Notes under the pieces: model-generated
The model's input: only the letters and a program-made list of their open reading frames with translations
Told to the model about the DNA's origin: nothing
The model's database searches: none
Position numbers and translations under genes: made by a program
Shown here: positions 20,265 through 33,739 of the stretch, piece after piece
How positions within the stretch are numbered: position 1 is the first letter of the stretch
Layout of the letters: each line of letters begins with the position of its first letter
NCBI GenBank assembly: GCA_963674965.2
Contig: CAXXFL010000001.1
Location: forward strand, 384,001-448,000
Direction of reading: 5' to 3'
DNA length: 64,000 nt
Source of the DNA: a bacterium
GTDB lineage: Bacteria > RBG-13-61-14 > DATKZS01

Positions 20265-20302
20265 AAGCGGCGGCCGGTTTGTGCCCGGCCGCCGCTTTTT
20301 TT
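20265..20302 (+). terminator. Intrinsic terminator
   Basis: AAGCGGCGGCCGG-loop-CCGGCCGCCGCTT followed by a T tract. Confidence 0.85.
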
Positions 20303-20372
20303 GTGCCTTTGGTCCCGGGCTAAAGGACATGGAGGGGCTCGGCTCCCGGGGGGCCTCGAGCGCTCCCGGGAC

Positions 20373-20401
20373 TTGCATTTATTTTTTATTTATGGTACCT
20401 T
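20373..20401 (+). promoter_or_regulatory. Sigma-70 promoter of the rimP operon
   Basis: TTGCAT-N17-TACCTT with an extended TG. Confidence 0.55.
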
Positions 20402-20432
20402 ATTTAAGGTAGGGCCATGTGGATTAGCGATT

Positions 20433-20465
20433 AAGTGGGTTCTCCGGACCCGCTTTTTTCTTTTT
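20433..20465 (+). promoter_or_regulatory. rimP leader attenuator-like hairpin
   Basis: AAGTGGGTT...GACCCGCTT hairpin (with G-U pairs) plus a U tract between the promoter and rimP, like the short leader terminators known upstream of rimP-nusA. Confidence 0.6.
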
Positions 20466-20550
20466 CCCTCGGGGGGTTACCGAGGCGGACGGGAAAGTCT
20501 TTTACCCATGGTTCGGTGGCGTATTATTTGTCGAAAAAGCCGTTGGGGCC

Positions 20551-21024
20551 ATGATGAACGCCTTGGAGGAAGCGATAGTCGAGCTTGCCGTGCCCGTTCT
20601 TGATGGACGGGGCCTCGAGCTCGTTGATATCGAGACCTCCCGTAAGGGCAAGCGGCTCTGGTTGCGGCTTTTCATTGACAGGAAGGACAGGTCCTCGGGC
20701 GGCGTCACGGTTAACGAGTGCGGCGACGCTAACCTGGCCCTGAGCGACGTTCTGGACGCGGAGGACCTGATCGACTCGAGCTATACCCTCGAGGTATCGA
20801 GCCCGGGCGTCAACCGTCGGCTCAGGTTTCCCGAGCATTTCCGGGAGCGCCTGGGCGAGAAGGTTTTCGTCAAGGCCCGGCGGCCCATGGAGGGAAGGAA
20901 AAACTTTAAGGGAACTCTCGTGGCCGCGGGCGACGCGGCTATCGAGATCGAGATAGACGGGACCCGGTTCGAGATAGGCTATGAGGACATAGCCCGGGCC
21001 CATCTGGAGTATTCTTTCGATTGA
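20551..21024 (+). CDS. rimP: Ribosome maturation factor RimP
   Basis: LRLFIDR, YTLEVSSPGVNR; first gene of the nusA operon. Confidence 0.95.
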   Translation: MMNALEEAIVELAVPVLDGRGLELVDIETSRKGKRLWLRLFIDRKDRSSGGVTVNECGDANLALSDVLDAEDLIDSSYTLEVSSPGVNRRLRFPEHFRERLGEKVFVKARRPMEGRKNFKGTLVAAGDAAIEIEIDGTRFEIGYEDIARAHLEYSFD

Positions 21025-21108
21025 GAAGGCGAGGCTAACACCCTTTATTAGACGCCCGGGTCGGGACCGACGGTCCCATTCCAAGGACCGGGCGGGGACG
21101 GGGCAACA

Positions 21109-22719
21109 ATGGCAGGCAGAAGAAAAAAGGGCGAGGAGAAAGAGACGAGAAGCGGCTTTGGCACCGAGCTTATCCACGTGATCGACTCGGTGGTCAAGGA
21201 CAAGGGCATCTCGAGGGACGTTTTGGTCGAGGCCCTGGAGAGCGCGCTTCTCACGGCGGCTCGCAAGAAGCTTGGTCCGCACCGCGAGCTCGAGGCCCGC
21301 TTCAACGAGGACCTGGGCGAGATCGAGCTTTTCGAGTTCAAGGACGTGGTTGACGACGTGGTTGACGAGTTCACCCAGGTAAGCCTGGAGGAGGGCCGGG
21401 ACCTAGATCCCGAGGCCGAGGTGGGCGACAGCCTGGGCGTCAAGATCGACACGGAGAACTTCGGCCGCATCGCCGCCCAGACGGCCAAGCAGGTGATCAT
21501 CCAGAAGGTCCGGGACGCCGAGCGTCTCATGATCTACAACGAGTACCGCGACCGGGCGGGCGAGATCATCACCGGCATCGCCCGCCGGTTCGAGAAAGGC
21601 AACATGATCATCGACCTGGGCCGCACTGAGGCCATCCTGCCCCGGAGCGAGCAGGTCCCTCGCGAGAACTACCGGGTGGGCGACCGGGTCCGGGCCTATA
21701 TCATGCAGGTCCATCAGGACTCGAAGGGGCCACAGGTGGTCCTGTCCAGAAGGAGCCCCGACTTCGTGAAAAAACTCTTCGAGATGGAGGTGCCCGAGAT
21801 CAACGAGGGCATCGTCAGCATCGAGGCCGTGGCCCGGGACCCGGGCGTGAGGACCAAGCTGGCCGTCAACTCGAGGGAGTCGGACGTGGACCCGGTGGGG
21901 GCCTGCGTGGGCATGAAGGGCTCGAGGGTCCAGGCGGTGGTGGGCGAGCTTCGGGGCGAGAAGATAGACATCATTCCCTGGACCAGGGACATCGCCAAGA
22001 ACGTGTGCAACGCCCTGGCCCCGGCCGAGGTCTCGAGGATGATCATCGACGACGAGCAGCGCATGGTGCTGGTCATAGTGGGCGACGACCAACTGTCCCT
22101 GGCCATCGGCAGGAAGGGACAGAACGTCCGGCTGGCCTCCCAGCTCACCGAATGGGACATCGACATCAAGAGCGAGACCGAAATGGAGAACCTCACCAAG
22201 GAGGCCCAGAACACCCTCGGCAGAGTGCCCGGCATCGGACCGGTGCTGGCCGAGAAGCTCTACCTCGAGGGGTTCACCTCCGCCTTCGACCTCTCCAACG
22301 CCGACCCCGAAATGCTCTCGGCCATTCCCGGCATCGGACCGGTTAAGGCCAAGCGCATCATCCAGGCCGGCGAGGCCTTCTTCGAGAAACAGCTCGAGGC
22401 GGGAGAGGTCACGGAGGACGGAAAACCCGTGGGCGAGGAACCGGAGGAGGATGAAACCGCCGGCGCCGAGACCGAGGCGGAAGATACCGAGGGGGCCGAG
22501 GCCGCCGGGGAAGATGAAGCCGAGGACGATGAAGCCAAGGACGATGGAGCCGGTGAAGAGGTAAAGGAGCCGGAGGAGGCAAAGGCCGAGCCGGAGGAGT
22601 CGGACGAGGAAAGCGAGGAGGATGACCCAGCCGCGGCCGAGGCATCCTCCGAGGAAGACGAGTCCGGCGATGGAGAAGGACCCGGGCAAGAGGAAGGTGA
22701 TTTGGACAAGAGCGAATAA
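21109..22719 (+). CDS. nusA: Transcription termination factor NusA with HhH repeats and an acidic tail
   Basis: FGRIAAQTAKQVIIQK, DPVGACVGMKGSRV, LAIGRKGQNVRLA. Confidence 0.98.
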   Translation: MAGRRKKGEEKETRSGFGTELIHVIDSVVKDKGISRDVLVEALESALLTAARKKLGPHRELEARFNEDLGEIELFEFKDVVDDVVDEFTQVSLEEGRDLDPEAEVGDSLGVKIDTENFGRIAAQTAKQVIIQKVRDAERLMIYNEYRDRAGEIITGIARRFEKGNMIIDLGRTEAILPRSEQVPRENYRVGDRVRAYIMQVHQDSKGPQVVLSRRSPDFVKKLFEMEVPEINEGIVSIEAVARDPGVRTKLAVNSRESDVDPVGACVGMKGSRVQAVVGELRGEKIDIIPWTRDIAKNVCNALAPAEVSRMIIDDEQRMVLVIVGDDQLSLAIGRKGQNVRLASQLTEWDIDIKSETEMENLTKEAQNTLGRVPGIGPVLAEKLYLEGFTSAFDLSNADPEMLSAIPGIGPVKAKRIIQAGEAFFEKQLEAGEVTEDGKPVGEEPEEDETAGAETEAEDTEGAEAAGEDEAEDDEAKDDGAGEEVKEPEEAKAEPEESDEESEEDDPAAAEASSEEDESGDGEGPGQEEGDLDKSE

Positions 22720-22818
22720 AATGGCGGTCCGGAGTATATTGCGCCGGTTCGGGAATTGATTTGCAATCGGGCGTAATCGGTAAGGTGCATTGGCGAAACG
22801 GAAGGGGTAATCAAGGGC

Positions 22819-25599
22819 ATGGCTAAGATCAGGGTGTATGAGCTTGCCAAGGAACTTGGGCTGGACAACAAGGAGATTCTGGCCAAACTGAGGTCTCTGA
22901 AGATCCCGGTCAAGACCCACATGAGCGTTGTGCCCGACGAGGAACTGGAGCGGATCAAGAAGAGCCTTGCCGACAAGGAAACCGATTCCCCCGCCGAGGG
23001 CGTGGTCGAGAAGAGGGTGGCCAAGGGCGTCATCCGCCGGCGCGCTCGCGCCAAGCCCGCCGAGGAGGAGCCCGAGCAGCCCAAGATGGACCTGGTGGCC
23101 CTCAAGCAGGCGGCGGCCAAAAAGGCCCGCCGCGAGGAGCTCGACTCTCTGGAAAAACCCACCGACGAGGACCTGGAGGGAATTCCCGCCGAATGGACCG
23201 AGGAGGAGACTCGCGCCGAGGAAGAGAAGGCGCGGGGACCCGAGCCCGCTCCCGCCCCCGAGGAGGCGAGCGCGCCCGAGCCCGAGCCGGCCCCGGTTCA
23301 GCCGCCCGAGCCCGAGGCGCCCGCAAAAACCGAGGAAAAACTGGAAGAGACTCCACCTCCCGAAAAGATGGTGACCTCCGGGCAACCGGAGGCCGTCGAG
23401 CCGGGGCCCGCCCCCGATGTGCCCGCCCAACCCGAGCCTGCCAAGGAGGCGGCCCCTCCCAAGCCCCGGCGCATTTACGTCAAGCCCGAGCTGAGAAAGA
23501 CGGCCAAGATACCGGAGGGACAACCCATTCCCATCCCGGGCCAGCGCCCGGAGGCCAAGCCGGAGGAAAAGCCGGCGTCGCCCGAGGACGCCGACGCGGA
23601 AGCCAAGAAGAAAAAGAAAAAGAAAAAACGCGGCAAGGTCGGCGAAGCGGTCATCGAGACCCAGCAGGACATCGAGGCCGCGCCCAAGAAGAAACTCCGG
23701 CGAAAAATCGCCTTTAAGATGCAGCGTGGCATGGAGGGCATGGAGTACGCCGACGTGGAAAAGATGTATCTTCCATCTCGCAAAAAGATGAGCGGCAAGA
23801 AAAAGGTCGCGAAGAAAACCGCCATTACCACGCCCAAGGCGGCGAAAAGGATCGTTAAAATGGGAAAAACGATCAGCGTGTCGGAATTTTCCAAACAGTT
23901 GGGCGTCAAGTCCAGGGAGATAATCAAGACGCTGATGGCCGAGGGCATAATGGCCGACGACAATTACGCTCTCGACGCGGACATAGCGGGCGTGATCGCC
24001 GCCTCCTATAATTACGAGATCAATCAGGTGGTTTTCGACGAGGCCGACTACCTGGCCGAGGAGTCCAGGGAGAAGCCCGAGGACCTCGTTGCCCGTCCGC
24101 CGGTGGTAACGGTCATGGGCCACGTCGACCACGGCAAAACCTCTTTGCTCGACACGATCAGGAAGACCCGGGTCACCGAGGAGGAGGCGGGACAGATCAC
24201 CCAGCACATCGGGGCCTCGGTGGTCGAGACCAGCTCGGGCAAGATCGTGTTCGTGGACACCCCGGGCCACGAGGCTTTCACCTCCATGCGGGCCAGGGGC
24301 GCCGAGGTCACCGATATCGTCATCCTGGTGGTGGCCGCCGACGACGGGATCATGCCTCAAACCGTCGAGGCCGCCAGCCACGCCAAGGCCGCCGGCGTTC
24401 CCATCATCGTGGCCGTCAACAAGATAGACCTGCCCGCGGCCAAGCCCGACGTGGTCAGGCAAAGGCTGTCCGAGATCGACCTGACGCCGGAGGAATGGGG
24501 CGGAGACACTCTGGTGGTCGAGTGCTCGGCCAAGAGCGGCCAGGGCATTCCCGACCTTCTCGACACCATCCTCCTTCAGGCGGAGATGCTCGAGCTCACG
24601 GCCAACCCCAAGAAGCCGGGCAAGGGACTGGTGATCGAGTCCCGCCTGGACAAGGGAAGAGGACCGGTGGCGACCATTATCGTCCAAGAGGGTACCATCA
24701 AGAAGGGCGACGTCCTCCTGGTGGGCAACACCTTCGGAAGGACCAGGGCCCTGCTGGACGACAGGGGAAAACCCGTCAAGAGCGCCGGGCCCAGCATACC
24801 GGTCGAGGTCATGGGGCTCTCGGGCGTGCCCGACGCCGGCGAGATGGCCCAGGTGGTCGAGAACGAAAAGAAGGCCCGCACCGTGGTGGATTACCGGGTC
24901 GAGGAGCAGCGGCGCAAGGACACGCCCCAGGCCCCGGCCAAGGTCAGCCTCGAGGACCTCATGGCCCGACTCGAGGAGGGCGAGGTCCAGGACCTGAACC
25001 TGATCATTAAAGCCGACACCCACGGATCGAGCGAGGCCATCAAGCAGTCGGCCGAGAAGCTGTCCAAAGAAGAGGTCCGGGTCCAGGTACTCCATCTCGG
25101 GGTGGGAAACATCACCGAGAACGACGTGCTTCTCGCCTCGGCCTCCAACGCCGTCATCATCGGCTTCGGCGTCAAGGGCGAGGCCAAGGCCAGGAAGCTG
25201 GCCGAGCGCGAGGGCATCCAGATTCGGACGTACGATATCATCTACAACCTTCTCGACGACGTGAAGGCGTCGCTCCAGGGCATGCTCAAGCCAGTGTTCG
25301 AGGAGGAGGTCTCGGGCCGGGCCGAGGTCCGCAAGGTCTTCCGCATCACCAAGGTCGGGGCCATCGCCGGCTGCTACGTCACGGACGGGGTCGTCAAAAG
25401 GAACCTTCGCGCCCGTCTTCTCCGGGATGGAGAGGCCGTCTATACGGGCAAGTTCAAGTCGCTAAAGAGGGTCCAGGACGACGTCCGGGAAGTGGCCCAG
25501 GGCCTCGAGTGCGGCATCGGCCTGGAGAACTTCAACGACATACAGGAGGGGGACGTCATCGAGGCCTTCGACCTGATCGAGACCACCCCCGGCCTCTGA
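22819..25599 (+). CDS. infB: Translation initiation factor IF-2
   Basis: [45 protein letters not shown]. Confidence 0.99.
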   Translation: MAKIRVYELAKELGLDNKEILAKLRSLKIPVKTHMSVVPDEELERIKKSLADKETDSPAEGVVEKRVAKGVIRRRARAKPAEEEPEQPKMDLVALKQAAAKKARREELDSLEKPTDEDLEGIPAEWTEEETRAEEEKARGPEPAPAPEEASAPEPEPAPVQPPEPEAPAKTEEKLEETPPPEKMVTSGQPEAVEPGPAPDVPAQPEPAKEAAPPKPRRIYVKPELRKTAKIPEGQPIPIPGQRPEAKPEEKPASPEDADAEAKKKKKKKKRGKVGEAVIETQQDIEAAPKKKLRRKIAFKMQRGMEGMEYADVEKMYLPSRKKMSGKKKVAKKTAITTPKAAKRIVKMGKTISVSEFSKQLGVKSREIIKTLMAEGIMADDNYALDADIAGVIAASYNYEINQVVFDEADYLAEESREKPEDLVARPPVVTVMGHVDHGKTSLLDTIRKTRVTEEEAGQITQHIGASVVETSSGKIVFVDTPGHEAFTSMRARGAEVTDIVILVVAADDGIMPQTVEAASHAKAAGVPIIVAVNKIDLPAAKPDVVRQRLSEIDLTPEEWGGDTLVVECSAKSGQGIPDLLDTILLQAEMLELTANPKKPGKGLVIESRLDKGRGPVATIIVQEGTIKKGDVLLVGNTFGRTRALLDDRGKPVKSAGPSIPVEVMGLSGVPDAGEMAQVVENEKKARTVVDYRVEEQRRKDTPQAPAKVSLEDLMARLEEGEVQDLNLIIKADTHGSSEAIKQSAEKLSKEEVRVQVLHLGVGNITENDVLLASASNAVIIGFGVKGEAKARKLAEREGIQIRTYDIIYNLLDDVKASLQGMLKPVFEEEVSGRAEVRKVFRITKVGAIAGCYVTDGVVKRNLRARLLRDGEAVYTGKFKSLKRVQDDVREVAQGLECGIGLENFNDIQEGDVIEAFDLIETTPGL

Positions 25600-25650
25600 C
25601 GATTTTTTTCCTCGTCTCGAGGCCCCTCCGAGCGGAAAAGAGAGGTTTAA

Positions 25651-25938
25651 TTGGTAGTCGGAGTATTGCGCCTCGACCTTCGCTTTCACGATTGCCGGTC
25701 GCTTAAAGCCAAGCGGGGCATGCTTAAAAAAGTCACGGCCAGAGTCAAAAACACCTTCGAGGTGGCGGTGGCCGAGGTCGGCGCCCAGGACCTGTGGCAA
25801 AGGGCCGAAATAGCCATCGCCGCCGTTGGAAACGACAGGCCCGTGATCAACACCAGGCTCGACCACGTGGTGAACTTCGTCGAGAGCTTGGGGACCGCGG
25901 AGATACTCGACCATCGGATCGAGTTGATCAACCTCTAA
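25651..25938 (+). CDS. DUF503 (YlxP-like) protein
   Basis: SLKAKR...VAVAEVGAQDLWQRAEI; canonical position between infB and rbfA. Confidence 0.9.
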   Translation: MVVGVLRLDLRFHDCRSLKAKRGMLKKVTARVKNTFEVAVAEVGAQDLWQRAEIAIAAVGNDRPVINTRLDHVVNFVESLGTAEILDHRIELINL

Positions 25939-26022
25939 TCCGGAAAAAGGAAGACAACCAGGGTCCGGCCGATTTGCGTGCTATCATGTTCAAAGGAAAA
26001 GCTCGCGCCAAAGGAAACGAAC

Positions 26023-26397
26023 ATGGGATACAATCGCTCCGAGAGGGTGGGGCCCCTCATCTTCGAGGAAATCTCCCGGGTCCTCGTGAACAAGCTCGAG
26101 GACCCCAGGCTTAAAGGCTTGACCTTTACCAAGGTCAAGATGACCAAGGACCTTAGAGTGGCCAGGATTTACTACAGCCTCATCGGGGACGACGACGCCA
26201 TCGAGGCCGCGGGCGCCGCGCTCGAGGGCGCCAGGGGAAAGTTCAAGCGCGCCATCGGCGACAACCTGAACCTTCGCTACATGCCCGACCTCGAGTTCTT
26301 TTACGACCGCAACGTGGCCCACGCCGACAGGATCGGACGGATACTCGAGGAAATCCACCGCGGCTCGGCGGCCCCCGAATCCGAGGACGAGGATTAA
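26023..26397 (+). CDS. rbfA: Ribosome-binding factor A
   Basis: RSERV...DPRL..LTFTKVKMTKDLRVARIY...LRYMPDLEFFYD; start ATG 26023 after AGGA. Confidence 0.95.
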   Translation: MGYNRSERVGPLIFEEISRVLVNKLEDPRLKGLTFTKVKMTKDLRVARIYYSLIGDDDAIEAAGAALEGARGKFKRAIGDNLNLRYMPDLEFFYDRNVAHADRIGRILEEIHRGSAAPESEDED

Positions 26398-27360
26398 ATG
26401 ACCGTCGGCCAAGCCAGAGATTTCATCCTTTCCCACGACTCTTTCGTGGTCTGCGCCCATCTCAACCCGGACGGGGACGCCATCGGCTCGACCCTCGCCC
26501 TTTGCCGCGCCCTGCGCGCCCTGGCCAAAAAGGCCCACGCCTTTAACGGCGACCCGGCCCCCGACAACTGCCTGTTCCTTCCCGGCGCCGCCGGCATGGC
26601 GCGGGACGCCTCGTCGCTGCCCGAGGTCGAGGCGGTGATCATGCTGGACTCGGGCGACCCGGACCGGGCCGGGCCCGAGATGGAGGCCCTGATCTCGCGG
26701 CTTCCCTGCCTCAACCTCGACCATCACGGGACCAACTCCATGTACGGCTCGGTTAACTGGGTCGAGGGCCACGCCGGCTCGACCGGAGAGATGGTGGTCT
26801 CACTCCTGCGCGAGTTGGGGGCGCCCGTCGACCCGGAAGCGGCCATCTGCCTTTATACGGCCATCATGACCGACACGGGGTCCTTCCAGTTCGGCAATAC
26901 CAGCCCCGAGACGCTGCGGGCCGCGGCCGACATGATCGAGGCGGGGGCCAGACCCGAGGCGGCGGCGGAGGGATACTACAAGTCAAGACCGGTGTCCCAC
27001 CTGTTTTTGACGGCCCGCTGTCTGTCCACCCTCCACTTCGACGAGTCCCTGCGCAAGGGCGAGGCCATATTGACGACCGAGATGTTCGAGGAGACCGGGA
27101 CCGACGGCTCGGCGGCCGAGGGCATTATCAACATGATCCTCGATACCAGGACCGGCGAGGTGGCCGCGCTTTACCGCCAGACCGGACCGGACTCCTGGAA
27201 GGTCAGCCTCAGAAGCAAGGGCGACCTGGACGTGGCCTCCGTGGCCCGGTCCTTTGGAGGAGGCGGACACAAAAACGCCGCCGGATGCTCGATCAAGGGC
27301 AACCTCGAGGACGTCCGCCGCCGAGTAAACGAGGTCCTCGATACCATCCTCGCGGACTGA
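26398..27360 (+). CDS. nrnA: DHH-family oligoribonuclease/pAp phosphatase
   Basis: HLNPDGDAIGS, LDHH, TDTGSF, SLRS, GGGGHKNAAG. Confidence 0.9.
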   Translation: MTVGQARDFILSHDSFVVCAHLNPDGDAIGSTLALCRALRALAKKAHAFNGDPAPDNCLFLPGAAGMARDASSLPEVEAVIMLDSGDPDRAGPEMEALISRLPCLNLDHHGTNSMYGSVNWVEGHAGSTGEMVVSLLRELGAPVDPEAAICLYTAIMTDTGSFQFGNTSPETLRAAADMIEAGARPEAAAEGYYKSRPVSHLFLTARCLSTLHFDESLRKGEAILTTEMFEETGTDGSAAEGIINMILDTRTGEVAALYRQTGPDSWKVSLRSKGDLDVASVARSFGGGGHKNAAGCSIKGNLEDVRRRVNEVLDTILAD

Positions 27361-27367
27361 TACCGAC

Positions 27368-28267
27368 ATGCAACTCGAGAAAAACCGCGCCCACGGCGTT
27401 CTGGTCATCGACAAGCCCGCGGGAAAGACCTCGCGCTGGGCCACCAGCCTCGCGGCCCGGCTCCTGAATACCAGGAAGGCCGGCCACCTGGGAACTCTCG
27501 ATCCCCTGGCCACCGGGGTCTTGCCCGTGGCCCTGGGCAAGGCCACGCGGATCATCCGCTTCCTGGAAAAGGCCGACAAGGAATACAAGGCCCTGATCGA
27601 GTTGGGCACGGCCACCGACACCCAGGACCGGGCGGGCGAGGTCGTGTTCCGGGGCGACGTTTCCTCGGTTGACCCCTCCCGCGTCGAGGCCGAGCTGGCG
27701 GGGATGGTGGGAGACCTCGAGCAGCTTCCCCCCATGTTCAGCGCCGTTAAAAAGGACGGGACCCCGCTTTATAAGCTGGCTCGAAAGGGCCTCGAGATCG
27801 AAAGAAAACCGAGGACCGTAAAAATCCACTCCATCCGGATTCTAAGCGTGGATATTCCCCTCGTCGAGATATCCGTTACCTGCGGGCCCGGAGCCTACCT
27901 TCGGACCATGGCCCACGACCTGGGCCAGAGGCTGGGGTGCGGCGCCCACTTAAGGTCGCTCCAGCGCCTGAGAAGCGGCGGCTTCACACTCGAGAGCGCC
28001 CTTAACCCCCTCGAGCTATCCCCCGAGACCGCCCTCCAAAAGCTCATCCCCCTCATCGACTGCCTGCCCGGCATGCCTCTTATCGAGATGGAAGAAGAGG
28101 AGGCCGAGATGGTCGCCGACGGCATGACCGTCCACGCGCCCCCCTCCCGCGGCGCGCGGCCCGGCGAACATTACCGGCTCGCTCGGGACGGCCGCCTCCT
28201 GGCCGTGGCCCTCTCCGGAGAAGGTGAATCGGGCGTGGTCCTAAAGCCCCTGCGCGTTCTGGTCTGA
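27368..28267 (+). CDS. truB: tRNA pseudouridine(55) synthase
   Basis: DKPAGKTS, GHLGTLDPLATGVL, QLPPMFSAVKKDGTPLYKLAR. Confidence 0.97.
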   Translation: MQLEKNRAHGVLVIDKPAGKTSRWATSLAARLLNTRKAGHLGTLDPLATGVLPVALGKATRIIRFLEKADKEYKALIELGTATDTQDRAGEVVFRGDVSSVDPSRVEAELAGMVGDLEQLPPMFSAVKKDGTPLYKLARKGLEIERKPRTVKIHSIRILSVDIPLVEISVTCGPGAYLRTMAHDLGQRLGCGAHLRSLQRLRSGGFTLESALNPLELSPETALQKLIPLIDCLPGMPLIEMEEEEAEMVADGMTVHAPPSRGARPGEHYRLARDGRLLAVALSGEGESGVVLKPLRVLV

Positions 28268-28359
28268 CGATTACCCGCAAAATTATTGCGCCTCCTTCTC
28301 CCATGATGCTATTATCCTGGCGATTACCAATATCGTTCCGGACCGGCAAGGGAGGCGCC

Positions 28360-29379
28360 ATGGATAATAGCACCGAGAATTCCCCGTCTCGCGTTCCGGC
28401 CTTTTTGAAAAAGGCCCTGCCCGTGCTCGTCAGCGTCGGCATACTCTATTATTACTTCAGGGACGTGGAATGGGCGGACCTGGTGGAGAAGACCGCCCGG
28501 GCCAATCTTCCCCTCGCCATCCTCTCCATCGCCGTGCCCCAGGTTATCTTCTGGTTCTTCGAGGCCCTTATAGCGGAGCGGCACTTCCGGTGGTTCCACG
28601 GCGGGTTCGACTGGAAAAGCTACTTCTGGGCGCGGGGAGCCATATACATCCTCCAGCTTATCAACACGGGCGTGAGCGGCGGAGGCGTGCTGCTTTACCT
28701 GAGACGCAAGACCGGGATCACCTGGTCCCGGCTCATGGGCATCATGCTCTTCAGGTTCGGGCTCACCATGTGGGGGTTCGACTTCCTGCTCATTCCCTCG
28801 ACCCTGGCCGCCCATTATTACGGCCTGGCCGGGGACCTGGTGATAAACATATGGGTCTGGTGGGGCATCCTGATCTTCGGTCTTATATGGTTCATCGAGG
28901 CCTGGATCGTGTGGCATCACGGCAAGATTTACGGCATCGCCAAGTACCTGGTTGGCGACCGTATCGAGAGCGACTTCTGGACCGCCTTCCGCCTGGCCGG
29001 CCGGTCCCAGTGGTTTTACACCTGGGCCATGACCATGCCTCCGATCGTCATCCTCATGGTCGGTTTTTATTACGCCTTCCAGGCCTTCGGGATCGAGGTG
29101 GGCTTCATTCGCTTCATGGTCGTGGCCCCTCTCCTTCTGGCCTTTATGGACCTTCCCATCGCCCTGGCCGGCTTCGGTACCACCACCTTGGGCTTCGAGC
29201 TTTTCTTTCCCGACGTGGCCAACCAGGAGGCCCTTCTTGCCCTTTCCCTTTTCATGCCGGCGGCCCGGAGCGCCTCTCGCGCCGCCATCGGGATCGTGTC
29301 CCTCCCTCCCGCCATGCGGGACATAAGCTCGATCTTCAGGGGTGAAACCGGAGTTGTGGGGGAAGAAGCGGGGGACTAG
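28360..29379 (+). CDS. Lysylphosphatidylglycerol synthase TM / UPF0104 flippase-like membrane protein
   Basis: Multi-TM; LPVLVSVGILYYYF..V.W, LPIALAGFG; GGAGG RBS before ATG 28360. Confidence 0.6.
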   Translation: MDNSTENSPSRVPAFLKKALPVLVSVGILYYYFRDVEWADLVEKTARANLPLAILSIAVPQVIFWFFEALIAERHFRWFHGGFDWKSYFWARGAIYILQLINTGVSGGGVLLYLRRKTGITWSRLMGIMLFRFGLTMWGFDFLLIPSTLAAHYYGLAGDLVINIWVWWGILIFGLIWFIEAWIVWHHGKIYGIAKYLVGDRIESDFWTAFRLAGRSQWFYTWAMTMPPIVILMVGFYYAFQAFGIEVGFIRFMVVAPLLLAFMDLPIALAGFGTTTLGFELFFPDVANQEALLALSLFMPAARSASRAAIGIVSLPPAMRDISSIFRGETGVVGEEAGD

Positions 29380-29474
29380 TCGAACGCCGGTCCCGGCTTT
29401 TTCACTCGCGATCGCGCCCGCCATCCAGGCCGGGTTTGGCGGCCTGGATGGGAGCGGGACGAAATCGAACGTTG

Positions 29475-29499
29475 GGCGGCCGCGAGGGGGCCGCTTTTT
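29475..29499 (+). terminator. Probable intrinsic terminator between convergent genes
   Basis: GCGGCC-loop-GGCCGC followed by TTTTTT. Confidence 0.55.
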
Positions 29500-29529
29500 C
29501 CTTCAAAGTCCGCGAGGACTTCCACGCAA

Positions 29530-32212
<2,683 letters not shown>

Positions 32213-32218
32213 AATTGA

Positions 32219-32278
32219 TCCTAAATCGTAAAACAATCCTAATTAGGAAAGCTACATCAAAAAAGAGGCCCTGTCAAC
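32219..32278 (-). promoter_or_regulatory. perR-katG promoter with a candidate operator
   Basis: TTGACA-N18-TAGCTT on the minus strand; perfect palindrome TCCTAATTAGGA (32237-32248) and a repeated TTAGGAT just downstream of the -10. Confidence 0.55.
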
Positions 32279-32374
32279 CATAAAATCTATCAGCCTCAAA
32301 ACCCGTCATTTAAAAGAGACTCCATGCATAATACCTTCCATAAGGTCGATAGCGCGTTACCTAAAGCCGGGCCT

Positions 32375-33307
32375 TCAGTTCATGCCGCGGCATTCCTCCA
32401 TGTCCTCGCCGGCTAGGAACTTGTCCACCGCGCAGTTGAACTCGGCGGGTTTGGCCATCTGGGGGGTGTGGCCTCCCTCGTGGACCAGGTAGCGGCTGGT
32501 ATCGGGGATAAGTCGGGCGAAGACCTCCATGTCGGAGGGGCGCACGGTGGCGTCGTTGTCTCCCCAGATGAGCAGGGTGGGGGCGGAGATTTTCGGGAGG
32601 TCCTTTTTAACGGGATGGAGCGCCAGTTGGCGGATGGCCTTGGCCAGGGCCGACAAATAGGGCCACTCCTGATCGGAGCCCTTGAAGCCGGCGATGAAGT
32701 CGCGGCGGGCCAGGTCCCTGGGGTTGTCCGCGGGGTATTGGCCGCCGGTGGTCTGGCCCATGAGCTTTAGGGTTAAGGGGTTGGCAAAGGGCGCGACGCC
32801 GACAAGCCAGCGCAAATCATGGGCGCCGGCGGCGTCGGAGAGGACGAGCTTGTTCACCCGCTCGGGATAATGGATGGCCACCCATTCCGAGACCTGGCCG
32901 CCCAGGGAATTGCCCACCACGTTGGCCTTCCCGACGCCCGCGTGGTCGAGGAGCCCGATCACGGTCTTGCCCATCAGTTCGGTCGAGTAGTCGAGGTCGG
33001 CGCGGCGCTCGCTCTTTCCGTGCCCCGGGTTGTCGGGGACCAGCACGTGGTAGCGGGACGAGAAGTATTCGTACTGGTCCCACCAGTTCTGCGCGTCACC
33101 CGACCAGCCGTGGACAAAGACGATGGTCTCGGGGTTGTCGGTCCCGGCCTCGAGGTAGCATATCTTCACGCCCCCTATGTCGGCGTAATTTTCCGGGGCG
33201 AAGTAGGCGGGCGGGTCCCAGGCTTTTTTAGCCCGGGCCTGGCCGGCCATGAAGATCAGAACGGCCGCGAGGGCCGGGAGCAGGACTTTCGTGACGGGTC
33301 GTTTCAT
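32375..33307 (-). CDS. Secreted alpha/beta-fold hydrolase
   Basis: Signal peptide (ARA), FVHGWSG, GNSLGG nucleophile, WGDND, GGHTPQ. Confidence 0.9.
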   Translation of the reverse strand: MKRPVTKVLLPALAAVLIFMAGQARAKKAWDPPAYFAPENYADIGGVKICYLEAGTDNPETIVFVHGWSGDAQNWWDQYEYFSSRYHVLVPDNPGHGKSERRADLDYSTELMGKTVIGLLDHAGVGKANVVGNSLGGQVSEWVAIHYPERVNKLVLSDAAGAHDLRWLVGVAPFANPLTLKLMGQTTGGQYPADNPRDLARRDFIAGFKGSDQEWPYLSALAKAIRQLALHPVKKDLPKISAPTLLIWGDNDATVRPSDMEVFARLIPDTSRYLVHEGGHTPQMAKPAEFNCAVDKFLAGEDMEECRGMN

Positions 33308-33574
33308 TGGCTTACCTCCCTGGGTCATCAGCAGTATATGAAGCAAGAGGCCAACAAGCAACCGCCTGAATAAATCCGGGCCCGAAAAAATCCGAAGGTG
33401 CACAGTCTCCGGTGGTCTCACCATCCATTCATGCCAGAGATTGTTACCTATCAAATCAACCAACCCCCACGACTCACTATCGCCTCATCGCCCTGCATCA
33501 TTCAATTTTCAACGTTACGGCCCACTCCTCCCGAGTGTAATGGGAGAAAGCCTCCTGCGGTCGTTATCCAATAA

Positions 33575-33629
33575 CCATCCCGCTACGCGGGACCCGCGCC
33601 GTTTTCCGAGAAACCGGACGGGTCATCCG
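33575..33629. repeat. Dispersed palindromic repeat B, copy 1
   Basis: CCATCCCGCTACGCGGGACCCGCG...GAAACCGGACGGGTCA is near-identical to 33988-34042; partial inverted copy at 46124-46155. Confidence 0.8.
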
Positions 33630-33633
33630 TTAA

Positions 33634-33739
33634 GTCCCGTAGGGACGGCGGTCTATAGCCCATGGGTGAAGGCCGCGGCCGGCGGCCGAAACCCTGGGAA
33701 AAGATGGCGATAACAAACGAGTCCCGAAGGGACGGCGGT
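33634..33739. repeat. REP-like element
   Basis: GTCCCGWAGGGACGGCGGT occurs twice (33634, 33721) around ATAGCCCATGGGT...AACCCTGGG; ATAGCCCATGGGT recurs at 38383. Confidence 0.65.

Noticed and set aside
21403-25095. 1230-aa antisense ORF
   Set aside because: Shadow of nusA/infB caused by GC-rich codon bias; no recognisable motifs.
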